Positions 47,360 to 57,523 of a stretch of 64,000 nucleotides of DNA are shown here, in pieces (position 1 is the first letter of the stretch; each line of letters starts with the position of its first letter). The notes under the pieces were generated by a model, which saw only the letters and a list, made by a program, of their open reading frames with translations, did not search any database and was not told where the DNA came from. Both the position numbers and the translations under genes were made by a program. Source of the DNA: an uncultured Bordetella sp. (GTDB lineage: Bacteria; Pseudomonadota; Gammaproteobacteria; Burkholderiales; SG8-41); contig CAZHFZ010000003.1 of the NCBI GenBank assembly GCA_964531455.1, positions 26,372 through 90,371 on the forward strand. The letters are read 5' to 3'.

Positions 47360-47633
47360 CAAACGTAAAGGAATGAAAGACTGCTTTATGCAAGGTCGGG
47401 AGGGCGGGTTGAGTTCCTCGTCAATTAAGGAATACCAGAAATGACGAACCGAAATTCCTCCTCAATAATCCTCACAATATTCATTTGTCCATGCATCGGG
47501 CTATCGTGTTGACCGTAATTCCCCCCGTTCGTTATCATCAACGGAGTCCACAAAGGCAAGCGCCGCAATCCGGATTACCCTCTGCGCGGCAGCCGCCAAA
47601 TCTCAAAAACCCAGGAAATTCAGGAGCTTCCAG

Positions 47634-48623
47634 ATGAAACAACCCATGCGCGTAGCCGTTACGGGCGCCGCCGGCCAGATTGGCTACAGCCTGCTGTTCC
47701 GCATCGCCAGCGGCGAAATGCTCGGCAAGGACCAGCCGGTTATCCTTCAATTGCTGGAAATTCCCGATGAGCGCGCGCAAAAGGCGTTGAAGGGCGTGAT
47801 GATGGAACTCGACGACTGCGCCTTCCCCCTGCTGCAAGGCATGGTCGCAGCCTCCGATCCGATGGTCGCTTTTGCGGATGTCGATGTGGCATTGCTGGTC
47901 GGTGCCCGGCCGCGCGGCCCCGGCATGGAGCGCAAAGACCTGCTCGAAGCCAACGGCAAGATTTTTGCGCCGCAAGGACGCGCTCTGTCTGAAGTAGCAA
48001 AGCGCGACGTCAAAGTGCTGGTAGTCGGCAACCCCGCCAACACCAACTGCCTGATCGCGATGAACAATGCGCCCAAGCTCAAGCCGACCAATTTCTCGGC
48101 GATGATGCGTCTCGATCACAACCGCGCATTGACGCAGGTTGCCCAAAAAATCGGCAAGCCGATTACCGACATCAAAAAACTGGCCGTTTGGGGCAACCAC
48201 TCTGCGACGCAATATCCGGATCTGTTCCACGCCACGGCTGGCGGCAAGAAAATCTGGCCGATGATCAAGGATCAGGCCTGGCTGGAAAGTGATTTCATCC
48301 CGACCATCCAGAAGCGCGGCGCCGCAATCATCGATGCACGCGGCCTGTCCTCAGCGGCCAGCGCGGCCAATGCAGCAATCGATCACATCCGCGACTGGGT
48401 CAAGGGCACCAAGGCCGGCACATGGGTCAGCATGGGCATTCCCTCTGACGGCAGCTATGGCATTCCGAAAGGCATCATTTACGGCTTCCCGGTGACCTGC
48501 AAGGACGGCAAATACACCATCGTCCAGGGCCTGAAACAAAGCAAGTTCAGCCAGGAACGTATGCAAATGACATTGAAAGAACTGCAGGAAGAGCGCGACG
48601 CAATCAAGAGCCTGCTCGGCTGA
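47634..48623 (+). CDS. mdh: Malate dehydrogenase (LDH-like MDH, 329 aa type)
   Basis: [55 protein letters not shown]. Confidence 0.95.
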   Translation: MKQPMRVAVTGAAGQIGYSLLFRIASGEMLGKDQPVILQLLEIPDERAQKALKGVMMELDDCAFPLLQGMVAASDPMVAFADVDVALLVGARPRGPGMERKDLLEANGKIFAPQGRALSEVAKRDVKVLVVGNPANTNCLIAMNNAPKLKPTNFSAMMRLDHNRALTQVAQKIGKPITDIKKLAVWGNHSATQYPDLFHATAGGKKIWPMIKDQAWLESDFIPTIQKRGAAIIDARGLSSAASAANAAIDHIRDWVKGTKAGTWVSMGIPSDGSYGIPKGIIYGFPVTCKDGKYTIVQGLKQSKFSQERMQMTLKELQEERDAIKSLLG

Positions 48624-48640
48624 TCCGGCATGCTCCAAAC

Positions 48641-48680
48641 AAAGCGGACCCTGCACTTCTGCAGCGTCCGCTTTTTTGTT
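48641..48680 (+). terminator. Rho-independent terminator after mdh
   Basis: Stem AAAGCGGAC.../...GTCCGCTTT with inner CTGCA/TGCAG helix, followed by a T-run (48672-48677). Confidence 0.75.
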
Positions 48681-48699
48681 GTCCAGTGAGGAGATAAAC

Positions 48700-49854
48700 A
48701 TGAGTTCCGACACCCCCGCCGCCGCAAAACCCAAAAAATCCGTGGCCCTGTCCGGCGTTCCCGCAGGCAGCACTGCGCTGTGCACGGTGGGCCGCAGCGG
48801 CAACGACCTTAACTACCGCGGATACGACATCCTCGATATCGCCGATACCTGCGAATTCGAGGAAATCGCCTTTCTGCTGGTTCACGGCAAGCTACCGAAC
48901 AGTGCCGAACTGCGCGGTTACAAAACCAAACTGCAGTCGCTGCGCGGCCTGCCTGCGGTGGTGCGCAACGTTCTCGAAGAACTGCCGCCATCGGCACACC
49001 CGATGGATGTCATGCGTACCGGCTGTTCCGCGCTGGGCGCCGCGATGCCCGAGCGCGAAGACCACAATCATCCGGGCGCCCGTGATATCGCCGACCGGCT
49101 GATGGCCTCCTTCGGCTCGATGCTGCTCTATTGGTATCACTACAGCCAGAACGGCAAGCGCATTGATGTGGAAACCGATGATGATTCAATCGGCGGACAC
49201 TTCCTTCACCTGCTGCACGGCAAGCCCGCTCCCGCGTCCTGGGTGCGCGCAATGCACACCTCGCTCAACCTGTACGCTGAACACGAATACAACGCGTCAA
49301 CTTTTACCTGCCGGGTCATCGCCGGCACCGGCTCCGACATCTACTCTTCAGTCACCGGCGGAATTGGTGCTCTGCGTGGTCCCAAACACGGCGGCGCCAA
49401 TGAAGTGGGTTTCGAGGTGATGAACCGTTACGAGACGCCGGATGATGCCGAAAAAGACATCATGGCGCGCATTGCCAACAAGGAGGTCGTCATCGGTTTC
49501 GGTCACCCGGTCTACACCATTGCCGATCCGCGCAACAAGATCATCAAGGAAGTCGCGCGCAAACTGTCCAATGAAGCCGGCGACCTGAAAATGTTCAACG
49601 TTGCTGAACGCATCGAATCAGTGATGATGCGCGAGAAAAAAATGTTCGCGAATCTCGACTGGTACTCGGCGGTGTCCTATCACCGCATGGGTGTGCCGAC
49701 GCCGATGTTCACGCCGCTGTTCATCATTTCACGTACCAGCGGCTGGTCGGCCCACGTCATTGAACAGCGCATCGACAACAAGATCATCCGCCCGACCGCC
49801 GTTTACACCGGTCCCGAAGGCCGCAGCTTCGTCGCGATCAAAGACCGCAAATAA
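48700..49854 (+). CDS. prpC: 2-methylcitrate synthase
   Basis: ATG 48700 after [41 protein letters not shown] and [14 protein letters not shown] are near-identical in pattern to enteric PrpC. Confidence 0.92.
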   Translation: MSSDTPAAAKPKKSVALSGVPAGSTALCTVGRSGNDLNYRGYDILDIADTCEFEEIAFLLVHGKLPNSAELRGYKTKLQSLRGLPAVVRNVLEELPPSAHPMDVMRTGCSALGAAMPEREDHNHPGARDIADRLMASFGSMLLYWYHYSQNGKRIDVETDDDSIGGHFLHLLHGKPAPASWVRAMHTSLNLYAEHEYNASTFTCRVIAGTGSDIYSSVTGGIGALRGPKHGGANEVGFEVMNRYETPDDAEKDIMARIANKEVVIGFGHPVYTIADPRNKIIKEVARKLSNEAGDLKMFNVAERIESVMMREKKMFANLDWYSAVSYHRMGVPTPMFTPLFIISRTSGWSAHVIEQRIDNKIIRPTAVYTGPEGRSFVAIKDRK

Positions 49855-49875
49855 CAACATTCATCAAGGCTCAAC

Positions 49876-51318
49876 ATGTCCGCACATATCTCCAACGTCC
49901 GTCCCAAACCCGATGCCGTCATCACCGACATCGCCGATTACGCCGCCAAAAGCAAAATCTCCAGCGCCGAGGCCTACAACACCGCACGTCTTTGTCTGAT
50001 GGACACGCTGGGCTGCGGCTTTGAGGCCCTGTCCTACCCGGCCTGCACCAAATTGATGGGCCCGGTGGTGCCCGGCGCAACGATGGCCAACGGCGCCAAA
50101 GTGCCCGGCACCTCCTTCCAGCTCGATCCGGTGATGGCCGCGTTCAATATCGGCTGCATGATCCGCTGGCTGGATTTCAACGACACCTGGCTGGCCGCGG
50201 AATGGGGTCACCCTTCGGACAATCTCGGCGGCATTCTCGCCATGGCGGACTACCTGTCTCGTCAGGCCGTTGCCGCCGGAAAAAAACCGCTGACCATGCG
50301 TGATGTCCTCACCGGCATGATCAAGGCCCACGAAATCCAGGGCGTCATCGCGCTGGAGAACAGCTTCAACCGCGTCGGCCTGGATCACGTGCTGCTGGTC
50401 AAGGTTGCTTCGACTGCAGTCGTATCCAGCCTGATGGGCCTGAGCCGCGAGGAAACCATCAACGCCGTCTCGAATGCCTGGATCGACGGCCAGTCGCTGC
50501 GCACCTATCGTCATGCGCCGAACACCGGTTCACGCAAGTCCTGGGCCGCCGGTGACGCGACCAGCCGCGCAGTGCGTCTGGCCTTGATGGCTGCCAAGGG
50601 CGAGATGGGTTATCCCTCCGGTCTTTCCGCCAAAGGCTGGGGTTTCTACGACGTACTCTTCAAAGGCCAGCCCTTCAAGTTCACCCGCAAATACAGTTCG
50701 TACGTGATGGAAAACGTGCTGTTCAAGATCTCCTTTCCTGCCGAGTTTCATGCCCAGACCGCCGTTGAATGCGCGATCCAGTTGCATCCGCAAGTCAAAA
50801 ATCGTCTGGCCGACATCAAGAAAGTGGTTATCACCACCCACGAATCGGCGATCCGCATCATCGACAAGAAGGGCCCGCTGAACAACCCGGCCGACCGTGA
50901 CCACTGCATCCAGTACATGGCGGCCATCGGCCTGATCAAGGGCAATCTGACGGCCGCCGACTACGAGGACGACGTCGCCCATGATCCGCGCGTCGACCAG
51001 CTGCGCGACAAGATGGAATGCGTCGAGAACAAGCAATGGAGCAAGGACTACCTCGATCCGCAGAAACGTTCGATTGCCAACGCCATCCAGGTATTCTTCA
51101 AGGACGGCAGCAAAACCAGTAATGTCGTTGTGGAATACCCCGTAGGGCATCGCCGCCGCCGCAAGGAAGGCATTCCGCTGCTCGAAGCCAAGTTCCGCAC
51201 TAATCTGGCCCGCAAGTTCCCGGAAAAACAGCGCACTGCGATCTACGCCCTGTGTAATGACCAAAAGAAGCTTGAAGCGACGCCCGTCAACGAGTTTGTT
51301 GATCTCATGGTCATCTGA
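49876..51318 (+). CDS. prpD: 2-methylcitrate dehydratase
   Basis: 480 aa, colinear with E. coli PrpD ([43 protein letters not shown]). Confidence 0.93.
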   Translation: MSAHISNVRPKPDAVITDIADYAAKSKISSAEAYNTARLCLMDTLGCGFEALSYPACTKLMGPVVPGATMANGAKVPGTSFQLDPVMAAFNIGCMIRWLDFNDTWLAAEWGHPSDNLGGILAMADYLSRQAVAAGKKPLTMRDVLTGMIKAHEIQGVIALENSFNRVGLDHVLLVKVASTAVVSSLMGLSREETINAVSNAWIDGQSLRTYRHAPNTGSRKSWAAGDATSRAVRLALMAAKGEMGYPSGLSAKGWGFYDVLFKGQPFKFTRKYSSYVMENVLFKISFPAEFHAQTAVECAIQLHPQVKNRLADIKKVVITTHESAIRIIDKKGPLNNPADRDHCIQYMAAIGLIKGNLTAADYEDDVAHDPRVDQLRDKMECVENKQWSKDYLDPQKRSIANAIQVFFKDGSKTSNVVVEYPVGHRRRRKEGIPLLEAKFRTNLARKFPEKQRTAIYALCNDQKKLEATPVNEFVDLMVI

Positions 51319-52043
51319 GGGATTACCCAATTAATTAAGTACTTGTTTTTATTTACTTTTATTGTCGTCTCATGCCGACCCTGGCTTGGGCAGCATTCCG
51401 CTGCCCAGGCCTCGCTGGCGGGATGGCCGCCCAAAGCCCGATAACGGCAACCTGGGATGCCCAAACCAACACTTTGAAACCCATACCGGGGATATCAAAG
51501 CGGAACCGGGTGACGCAACAGCGGCTGACCCAATAACACCGTCCTTCTGGCATATGGGCAGGGATACGGGCCGGGCTTCTGTTCATCACGCAGGACAACT
51601 TGGACCAGGTCGACGCCCATTACCTTTTTCAAGCCATTTATTCAGCTTTATTGTGGATAAACCGAAGCAACTGAAGGACCCTGGCGGTTGCGGCATCACT
51701 GAAAAAGCGCAGTCAATTCACAGCCAAACCCACGTTACACCCACCTTCACATTCCACGATATGACGGGCACCGAAATTGTGCGTATAAAAGGTACCGGAC
51801 GGAATACGCGAGAATTCAAGCCGCTGGGCGAATTTGTCACGAGTGGCCCCTGCAAGCCTTTCCCTTTCGCAAAACGCAAACAGGCAGATCTGATCATTAA
51901 GGGTGGATGATTCCGCATGGCGAACCTCGCCAAACCCTGCGTTTTGGATTTATTCCGCCCCTGCAACACCTTATAATCCCGGGTTTGTCTGTACCCCTTC
52001 TCCGCATCACTTTTTGTATCTCTAATATTCAAGGAGCATCCGC

Positions 52044-54734
52044 GTGGCCAACAACGCTTTTAATTCACTTCGCGAATTCAAACTCAAATCGGGCAAGACC
52101 GGAAAATACTATTCACTGGCTGCACTTGAAGAAGCCGGTCTGGGCAAGGTCTCGCGTCTGCCGGTGAGCCTGCGCGTAGTGCTGGAGTCGGTGCTGCGCA
52201 ACTGTGACGGCAAAAGCATCTCCGAAGACCGCGTGCGTGAACTCGCTGGATGGCAGCCGACCGCACCGCGCACCCAGGAAATCCCTTTCGTCCTCGCCCG
52301 CATCATGCTGCAGGACATGGCCGGTTTCCCCGCGCTGAACGACTTCGCAGCAATGCGCGCTGAAGCCAAGCGCCAGAATTTTGAACCGACCAAGATCGAA
52401 CCGCTCGTGCCTGTGGATCTGGTGGTTGACCACTCCGTTGTTGTCGACGTCAGCAATTCGAAAGACGCGCTGCGCAAGAACATGGAAATCGAGTTCGAGC
52501 GTAACGGCGAGCGTTACACCTTCCTCAAGTGGGCCAAACAGGCCTTCTCCGGTATTCGCGTCGTGCCCCCCGGTAACGGCATCTGCCACCAGGTCAATCT
52601 TGAATACCTGTCGCGCGGCGTCTGGGAAAAGAATGGCGTCTACTACCCTGATTCCACGGTCGGCACCGACTCGCACACCACGATGGTCAACGGCATCGGC
52701 ATTCTGGCTTGGGGCGTGGGCGGCATTGAAGCCGAAGCCGGCATGCTTGGCCAGCCGTACTACTTCCTGACGCCGGACGTCGTCGGCGTGCACATGACCG
52801 GCAAACTGCGCGAAGGCGTCACCGCAACCGACCTCGTGCTGACCGTCACCGAACTGCTGCGCAAAACCAAGGTTGTCGGCAAATTCGTTGAATACTTCGG
52901 TGAAGGTGCGTCATCGCTGTCGGCAACCGATCGAGCCACTGTGGCCAACATGTCACCGGACTACGGCGCAACCTGCGGCTTCTTCGCGATCGATGACACT
53001 GCGCTCGCCTACTACCGCATGACCGGCCGTGAAGAACATTGCGACGCCATCGAGTCTTACCTCAAGGCGCAGGGCATGTACGGCATCCCCAAAAAAGGCG
53101 ACATCGATTACTCGCAAGTCGTCGAACTCGACCTGTCGACCGTACGTCCCAGCGTCTCCGGCCCGAAACAGCCGGAAGACCGCATTAACCTCGAAGGTAT
53201 CAAGGCGCGCTTCACCGAACTGTTCTCGAAGCCGGTTGCAGAAAGCGGCTACAACAAGCCCGCAGCGGATATGGCCAAGCGTTTCCCGGTTGCCAATTCG
53301 GCCATCGGTGACGTCGGCCACGGTGACATCGGCATTGCCGCGATCACTTCCTGCACCAACACTTCCAACCCGTGGGTGCTGCTGGCTGCCGGCCTGCTCG
53401 CGAAAAAGGCTGTTGAAAAGGGCATGAAGATCCACCCGCGCGTAAAAACTTCGCTGGCCCCCGGCTCCAAGGTCGTGACCGCCTATCTGAAGGACTCCGG
53501 CCTGCTGCCTTACCTGGAGCAACTGGGTTTTTACGTGGTTGCCTACGGCTGCACCACCTGTATGGGTCTGGCCGGTCCGCTGGACAAAGACCTCGAAGAT
53601 TCGATCGTCAAAAATGACGTGATCTCCGCAGCCGTCCTCTCCGGCAATCGCAACTTTGAAGCCCGCGTTCACCAGAGCCTTAAAGCCAACTTCCTGATGA
53701 GTCCGCCGCTGGTCGTCGCTTTTGCACTGGCCGGCACGGTCCTGAAAAACGTCGAAACCGATCCGCTCGGCAACGACAAGGACGGCAAGCCGGTATTCCT
53801 GAAAGACCTGTGGCCTACCGGGGCCGAAGTGGACGCAGTCATGAAGTTCGCGACCAACCCCGAAAACTTCAAGCGCGAATACAGCAACCTCGATGGCGCC
53901 AAAGACCTGTGGGACGCGATTCCGGAAGCCAAGGGCGCGCTGTTCAACTGGGACAACAAGTCAACCTATCTGCTCGAGCCGCCGCTGTTCGAAGGCTTCA
54001 AGAAAGAACTGCCAAAAATCAGCGACGTCAAAGGCGGCCGTGCCCTCGGCATCTTCGGCAACAAGCTGACCACCGATCACATCAGCCCGGTCGCCCCGAT
54101 CCGCAAGGGCACTCTGGCCGGTGACTGGCTGGTCGCTGCCGGCAGCACCGACCTGTCGAGTTTCGGTTCGCGCCGCACCAACCACGAAGTCATGGTGCGT
54201 GGCGCATTCGCCAACCCGCGGATCAAGAACCTGATGGTGCCCGGCTCTGAGGGCGGCGTGACGCATTTCCAGCCGGGCGGGGACAAAATGCAGATTTTTG
54301 ATGCCTCGATGCGCTACCAGAAGGACAAGACCCCCCTGTTCGTGTTCGGCGGCGAAGAATACGGCACCGGCTCCTCGCGCGACTGGGCAGCCAAAGGCAC
54401 CCAGATGCTCGGCATCAAGGTCATCGTCGCCCGCGGTTACGAGCGGATTCACCGCTCCAACCTCGTTGGCATGGGTGTTCTGCCCTGCCAGTTCAAGGGC
54501 AGCGACAGCGTGCAGTCACTGGGCATCACCGGTGAAGAAACCTATGACCTGATCGGCGTCGAAGGCGGCAACGTCAAGCCGATGCAGGACGTAACCCTGG
54601 TGATCCATCGCAAGGACGGCAGCACGCAGAACGTTACCGTCACGCTGCGCGTTGATTCGCCGATCGAGGTTGAATACCTCAAGCACGGCGGCATCCTTCC
54701 GTTCGTGTTGCGCGAACTGATGGCAGCAGCTTAA
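52044..54734 (+). CDS. acnA: Aconitate hydratase A, copy 1
   Basis: 896 aa. GTG start after [36 protein letters not shown] Fe-S ligand motifs, swivel domain [10 protein letters not shown]. Confidence 0.93.
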   Translation: MANNAFNSLREFKLKSGKTGKYYSLAALEEAGLGKVSRLPVSLRVVLESVLRNCDGKSISEDRVRELAGWQPTAPRTQEIPFVLARIMLQDMAGFPALNDFAAMRAEAKRQNFEPTKIEPLVPVDLVVDHSVVVDVSNSKDALRKNMEIEFERNGERYTFLKWAKQAFSGIRVVPPGNGICHQVNLEYLSRGVWEKNGVYYPDSTVGTDSHTTMVNGIGILAWGVGGIEAEAGMLGQPYYFLTPDVVGVHMTGKLREGVTATDLVLTVTELLRKTKVVGKFVEYFGEGASSLSATDRATVANMSPDYGATCGFFAIDDTALAYYRMTGREEHCDAIESYLKAQGMYGIPKKGDIDYSQVVELDLSTVRPSVSGPKQPEDRINLEGIKARFTELFSKPVAESGYNKPAADMAKRFPVANSAIGDVGHGDIGIAAITSCTNTSNPWVLLAAGLLAKKAVEKGMKIHPRVKTSLAPGSKVVTAYLKDSGLLPYLEQLGFYVVAYGCTTCMGLAGPLDKDLEDSIVKNDVISAAVLSGNRNFEARVHQSLKANFLMSPPLVVAFALAGTVLKNVETDPLGNDKDGKPVFLKDLWPTGAEVDAVMKFATNPENFKREYSNLDGAKDLWDAIPEAKGALFNWDNKSTYLLEPPLFEGFKKELPKISDVKGGRALGIFGNKLTTDHISPVAPIRKGTLAGDWLVAAGSTDLSSFGSRRTNHEVMVRGAFANPRIKNLMVPGSEGGVTHFQPGGDKMQIFDASMRYQKDKTPLFVFGGEEYGTGSSRDWAAKGTQMLGIKVIVARGYERIHRSNLVGMGVLPCQFKGSDSVQSLGITGEETYDLIGVEGGNVKPMQDVTLVIHRKDGSTQNVTVTLRVDSPIEVEYLKHGGILPFVLRELMAAA

Positions 54735-54745
54735 ATCAAGAAATA

Positions 54746-54776
54746 ACTCAAACGGCGCACCATGCGCCGTTTGAGT
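54746..54776 (+). terminator. Strong 13-bp hairpin in the acnA1-acnA2 spacer (terminator/processing/stability element; weak U-tract)
   Basis: ACTCAAACGGCGC-ACCAT-GCGCCGTTTGAGT read directly, 12 nt after the acnA1 stop. Followed by GTTCGTCCC. Confidence 0.5.
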
Positions 54777-54802
54777 GTTCGTCCCACATTAGGAAAATCA
54801 AA

Positions 54803-57502
54803 ATGGCAAACGATACGTTCAAGACCCTGAAGGAATTCACGCCTTCCCCCGGCAAGACCGGCAAATACCACAGCCTCGCCGCGCTGGAAGCTGCAGGCCT
54901 GGGCAAAATCTCCCGCCTGCCGCGCTCGATCCGCGTGGTACTGGAAGCGCTGGTGCGTCACTGTGACGGCAAGCGCGTCAGCGAAGAACACGTCAAGGCA
55001 CTTGCCGCCTGGCAGGCCAAAGGCGCGCGCACCACGGAGATCCCGTTTGTGGTCGTGCGTATCGTGCTGCAGGATCTGATCGGCTTTGGCGCACTCAATG
55101 ACCTGTCGGCGATGCGCGCCGCTGCACAACGCCTCGGCATGGCGCCGGGCAAAGTAGAGCCGCTGGTGCCAGTCGACGTCGTTGTCGACCACTCGGTGGA
55201 AATCGACGTTTACAACAGGCCTGACGCAGTGCAGGTCAATCAGGAAATCGAATTCAAGCGCAATGCCGAGCGTTATCGCTTCGTCAAATGGGCGCAGGGC
55301 GCATTCGACACCGTGCGCGTGGTTCCGCCGGGCAACGGCATCATCCACCAGATCAATATGGAACACCTGTCGCGCGGCGTCTGGGAAAAAGACGGCGTCT
55401 GGTTCCCCGACACCGTGTTCGGCACTGACTCGCACACCACGATGGTCAACGGTATCGGCATCGTGGCCTGGGGTGTCGGCGGCATTGAAGCCGAAGCCGG
55501 CATGCTCGGCCAGCCCAATGCCTTCCTGACCCCCGACGTGGTCGGCTGCCACCTCACCGGCAAACTGCGCGAAGGTGTCACCGCGACCGACCTGGCGCTG
55601 ACCGTCACCGAACTGATGCGCAAAGCCAAGGTTGTCGGCAAGTTTGTTGAATTCTTCGGTGAAGGCGCCACTGCACTGACCGCAGCAGACCGCTGCACGG
55701 TCGCCAACATGGCACCGGAATACGGCGCCACCATGGGCTATTTCCCGGTCGATGAAAAAACCGTCGATTATTTCCGCACGACCGGCCGTGAACCGGAACT
55801 GGTTTCTGCCATTGAAGCCTACTTCAAGGCACAAGGCATGTTCGGCATGCCCAAATCCGGCGAAATCGATTACACCGAAGTCATCAACCTCGACCTCGAC
55901 ACCATTGTCCCCAGTCTGTCGGGCCCGAAACGTCCGCAGGACCGCGTCAATCTGCCCGATCTCGGCCGCGGCTTCGACACGCTGTTCTCGGCGCCGACCG
56001 ACAAGAATGGTTATGCCCGCCCTGCTGCAGACCTGAACCGCCGCGTACCCTCGGGTCACCCGGAGTTCGACGTTGGTCATGGTGACGTGTTGATCGCCTC
56101 GATCACCTCCTGCACCAATACCTCCAACCCCGCCCTGCTGCTCGCCGCCGGCCTGCTGGCCAAACGCGCCGTGGAAAAGGGTCTGACCGTCAATCCGCGC
56201 GTCAAGACCTCGCTGGCCCCCGGCTCCAAGGTCGTCACGGCTTACCTGCGTGACGCCGGCCTGCTGCCGTCGCTGGAAAAACTGGGCTTCAGCGTCGTTG
56301 CCTATGGCTGCACCACCTGCATGGGCGCCGCCGGCCCCCTGGATGCCAAGATCGAAGAAGCCGTGGTCTCGCAGGACCTCGTGACCTGCGCAGTACTCTC
56401 GGGCAACCGCAACTTCGAAGCCCGCGTCCACGCCAACCTGCGTGCCAACTACCTCGCCAGCCCGGCGCTGGTCGTTGCTTACGCAATTGCCGGCACCGTG
56501 CGCACCGACCTGACCAAGGATCCGGTGGGCAAGGACAAAGACGGCAAACCGGTTTACCTGAAGGACCTGTGGCCAACCGATGCTGAAGTTGCAGCGCTGC
56601 TCAAATTTGCCGCCAATGCCGAACATTTCCGCCGCGAATACGGCGATCTGTCGGGCAACAAAAAACTGTGGGACGCCATCCCCACCATCAAGGGCGCCGT
56701 GTACGAATGGGATGCAAAATCCACATTCATCAAGGAGCCGCCGTTTTTTGAAGGCGTCACCAAAAATCTCGACAAGGTCGAAGACATCAAGGGTGCACGC
56801 GCCCTCGCCATCCTCGGCGACTCGATCACGACGGATCACATCAGCCCGTCGACAAAGATCAAACCCGGCACCCCTGCGGGCAAGTGGCTGGAACCGTTCA
56901 AGGATCATCCGCCTTCGGAATGGGGCCATTTCGGCGTACGCCGCTGCAACCATGAACTGATGGTCCGCGGCACCTTCGCCAATGTACGCCTGCGCAATGC
57001 AGTCGCGCCCGGCACCGAAGGCCCGATTACCAAAGTGCAGCCGACCGGCGAACAGATGACCATTTTCGAAGCATCGGAAATCTACCGCGCCCAGAAAACC
57101 CCGCTGGTGATTTTCGGCGGTGATGACTATGGCATGGGTTCCTCACGCGACTGGGCCGCCAAAGGCGTGCAACTGCTCGGCGTGCGTGCAGTCATCGTCA
57201 AGAGCTTTGAGCGCATCCACCGCGCCAACCTGATCGGCATGGGCGTACTGCCCCTGCAGTTCAAGCCGGGCGACAGCGTGCAATCGCTGAAAATCGACGG
57301 TACCGAAACCTTCACCATCGAAGGCATGAACGGCGGCAACGTCAAACCCCTGCAGGACGTAACCATGGTCATCACCCGTGCCGACGGCAGCACCCAGCGC
57401 GTCCCGCTGACACTGCGCATCGACACCGGCATAGAAGTCGATTACCTGAAACACGGCGGCATCCTGCCGTACGTATTGCGCGAATTGCTGGCTGCGGCCT
57501 GA
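54803..57502 (+). CDS. acnA: Aconitate hydratase A, copy 2 (tandem paralogue)
   Basis: 899 aa. Same motif set as copy 1. By-eye alignment of the first ~400 aa gives roughly two-thirds identity to copy 1. Confidence 0.93.
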   Translation: MANDTFKTLKEFTPSPGKTGKYHSLAALEAAGLGKISRLPRSIRVVLEALVRHCDGKRVSEEHVKALAAWQAKGARTTEIPFVVVRIVLQDLIGFGALNDLSAMRAAAQRLGMAPGKVEPLVPVDVVVDHSVEIDVYNRPDAVQVNQEIEFKRNAERYRFVKWAQGAFDTVRVVPPGNGIIHQINMEHLSRGVWEKDGVWFPDTVFGTDSHTTMVNGIGIVAWGVGGIEAEAGMLGQPNAFLTPDVVGCHLTGKLREGVTATDLALTVTELMRKAKVVGKFVEFFGEGATALTAADRCTVANMAPEYGATMGYFPVDEKTVDYFRTTGREPELVSAIEAYFKAQGMFGMPKSGEIDYTEVINLDLDTIVPSLSGPKRPQDRVNLPDLGRGFDTLFSAPTDKNGYARPAADLNRRVPSGHPEFDVGHGDVLIASITSCTNTSNPALLLAAGLLAKRAVEKGLTVNPRVKTSLAPGSKVVTAYLRDAGLLPSLEKLGFSVVAYGCTTCMGAAGPLDAKIEEAVVSQDLVTCAVLSGNRNFEARVHANLRANYLASPALVVAYAIAGTVRTDLTKDPVGKDKDGKPVYLKDLWPTDAEVAALLKFAANAEHFRREYGDLSGNKKLWDAIPTIKGAVYEWDAKSTFIKEPPFFEGVTKNLDKVEDIKGARALAILGDSITTDHISPSTKIKPGTPAGKWLEPFKDHPPSEWGHFGVRRCNHELMVRGTFANVRLRNAVAPGTEGPITKVQPTGEQMTIFEASEIYRAQKTPLVIFGGDDYGMGSSRDWAAKGVQLLGVRAVIVKSFERIHRANLIGMGVLPLQFKPGDSVQSLKIDGTETFTIEGMNGGNVKPLQDVTMVITRADGSTQRVPLTLRIDTGIEVDYLKHGGILPYVLRELLAAA

Positions 57503-57523
57503 CGCAGCAACGCCGTCTTCATT

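Noticed and set aside
51362-51910. 182-aa plus-strand ORF filling the prpD-acnA spacer.
   Set aside because: No Shine-Dalgarno sequence. Composition (Pro/Gly/His/Thr-rich, no hydrophobic core pattern) and GC3 do not resemble the neighbouring genes. Kept only as part of the 'unexplained spacer' finding.
54731-56953. 740-aa ORF antisense to acnA copy 2. Similar long antisense ORFs occur at 52113-52793, 52953-53672 and 53961-54452.
   Set aside because: Entirely overlaps a gene with unmistakable aconitase motifs. The translation is Arg/Gly/Ala/Asp/His-rich with no motifs. This is a typical shadow ORF of GC3-rich coding DNA.
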